From: an uncultured Gammaproteobacteria bacterium | GTDB taxonomy: Bacteria > Pseudomonadota > Gammaproteobacteria > Arenicellales > JAANXG01 | DNA: 64,000 nucleotides | Assembly: GCA_947259705.1 (NCBI GenBank) | Contig: CAMYNL010000002.1 | Coordinates: 9,868-73,867 of the forward strand | Direction of reading: 5' to 3' | Part shown: positions 63,016-64,000 of the stretch, piece by piece | How positions within the stretch are numbered: the stretch's first letter is position 1 | Layout of the letters: each line of letters starts with the position of its first letter | Program-made: the position numbers and the translations under genes | The notes under the pieces: model-generated | Told to the model about the DNA's origin: nothing | The model's database searches: none | What the model saw: the letters and a program-made list of their open reading frames with translations, nothing else

Positions 63016-63398
63016 ATGTTGCTGCAGAAATTCACGCCGGCGTCCGACTCCGATTGCCACGACGAAAACCATTCCACGAAGGTGCCGCCGCCCCGGGTCA
63101 CCGGACGCAAGCGTAACGTGCCCCGGTAGTCGGAGACTTCGCGGCTCGAGACCGGGCTTGGCCCGTCGTCGATGGAATAGCTGATCAGGTGCCGGGCCGG
63201 ATCATGCTCCAGCAGGGTCTCATGGAATACGCCGTTGAGCAGCCGCCGCGCCCCCTCCGTAGTGCCGTCAAGCTCACCCACCTTGTCACAGCTCTGGATG
63301 ACATTGGGCGCCCAGGAGAAGTCATGAAAGTCGCAAACGGTCTTCCAGACTTCATCGAGCGACGCGGCCACGTAGATTGACTGATAGGTTGTTCTCAT
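62946..63398 (-). CDS. SRPBCC-superfamily protein (polyketide cyclase/dehydrase-like)
   Basis: 150 aa. MRTTYQSIYVAASLDEVWKTVCDFHDFSWAPNV... is a typical SRPBCC N-terminus. Confidence 0.7.
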   Translation of the reverse strand: MRTTYQSIYVAASLDEVWKTVCDFHDFSWAPNVIQSCDKVGELDGTTEGARRLLNGVFHETLLEHDPARHLISYSIDDGPSPVSSREVSDYRGTLRLRPVTRGGGTFVEWFSSWQSESDAGVNFCSNIYNALLDALRAACEAGPGGSSQR

Positions 63399-63505
63399 AT
63401 CACGCTACAGGTTTCTGATCACAGTTTCGAGTGCTCAGGCAGACGACCGCTCGCGGGGATCCCCGCCGCCATCCCCCGCCGGCCCGGCACTGGCCGCCGG
63501 TCCAC

Positions 63506-64000
63506 TCACGAGTCGCTGACCGCCGTCGCCAGCGGGCGGCGGGTAAACAAGCGCACGCCGTCCTCCAGCACCAGATAACAGACCGGAATCAACAGCAGCG
63601 TGATGAAGGTCGCGAACAGGATGCCGAAGCCGAGTGAGACCGCCATGGGGATGAGGAACTGGGCCTGTGTGCTCTTTTCGAGTATCAGCGGCGAAAGACC
63701 GAAGAAGGTGGTCAAAGACGTCAGCAGGATGGGACGAAATCGCGCCACACCGGCAACGCTGACGGCATCGAAGAGACCGCTGCCCTCGCGGCGGCGGCGG
63801 TTGACATAGTCCACCAGTACCAGGCTGTCGTTGACCACCACGCCGGCCAGCGCCAGGATGCCCATGATGCTGGTAATGCTCAGGTTCATGCCCATGATCA
63901 TGTGGCCGAGAATGGCGCCTACCACGCTGAACGGTATGATTCCCATGACAATGAGCGGCTGAACGTAGGAGCGGAAAGGTATTGCCAGCAGGCAGTAGAG
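63506..64000 (-). CDS. RND efflux transporter permease, C-terminal part (continues beyond window)
   Basis: ...[25 protein letters not shown]...[23 protein letters not shown]... are the AcrB/CzcA-type TM10-12 motifs. The reading frame is open to the window edge. Confidence 0.85.
   Translation of the reverse strand, partial: LYCLLAIPFRSYVQPLIVMGIIPFSVVGAILGHMIMGMNLSITSIMGILALAGVVVNDSLVLVDYVNRRRREGSGLFDAVSVAGVARFRPILLTSLTTFFGLSPLILEKSTQAQFLIPMAVSLGFGILFATFITLLLIPVCYLVLEDGVRLFTRRPLATAVSDS

Noticed and set aside
1-64000. CRISPR arrays, rRNA/tRNA genes, transposases, integrases, prophage or known defence-system genes
   Set aside because: I saw no regularly spaced direct repeats, no conserved rRNA or tRNA motifs, and no ORF with transposase, recombinase or nuclease hallmarks on either strand.

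Overview
High-GC proteobacterial chromosomal segment. By eye I found no rRNA, tRNA, CRISPR array, IS element or transposase. Most long ORFs antisense to the calls below are GC-driven shadow ORFs.

Gene order:
- 3' end of the cytochrome c maturation operon (ccmG fragment, ccmH, ccmI).
- A decayed SAF/UxaA-type dehydratase gene pair.
- A TTT transporter (tctC, gap, tctA, tctB).
- An AT-richer DUF3604 gene.
- An enolase-superfamily (D-tartrate-dehydratase-like) / 2-hydroxyacid dehydrogenase / Ldh_2 trio.
- Two 2OG-oxygenase-like genes, a BKACE enzyme and a class-III aminotransferase.
- A lipoprotein, porin, Usp and TAXI-TRAP transporter, then MocA and XdhC.
- A long minus-strand quinoprotein operon: PQQ alcohol dehydrogenase with the lanthanide-type DYD motif, cytochrome c, MoxJ-like binding protein, unknown periplasmic protein, SoxYZ-like carrier, MBL hydrolase, CXXCW rhodanese-like protein, Sel1 protein.
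- An AT-richer islet: SHOCT protein, 1.5-kb ORF-free tract, second porin, lipoprotein.
- A TonB-dependent receptor with hyper-acidic inserts.
- An AorABC-type tungsten aldehyde oxidoreductase operon with a MoaD-like gene, preceded by a JAMM gene that is itself divergent from an AcoR-like sigma-54 activator gene.
- A rearranged pqq locus, then a histidine kinase and an NtrC-type regulator.
- A PedA1A2BC-like ABC cluster fused to a NitT/TauT-type ABC system.
- An HExxH protein, an SRPBCC protein and the 3' part of an RND pump.

Most striking observations:
1. The pqq operon is split as pqqB-C-D | four-gene MotA/ExbB + ExbD-like membrane cassette | unannotated pqqA | pqqE. The cassette start is coupled to the pqqD stop.
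2. Six sigma-54 (TGGCAC-N5-TTGC-type) promoter matches sit in correctly oriented intergenic positions, tying together the alcohol dehydrogenase, aor, pqq and ABC modules.
3. A lanthanide-type PQQ dehydrogenase is paired with a tungsten-type aldehyde oxidoreductase, and no NAD aldehyde dehydrogenase is present.
4. There is an unexplained 1.5-kb ORF-free tract and a small palindromic repeat family.
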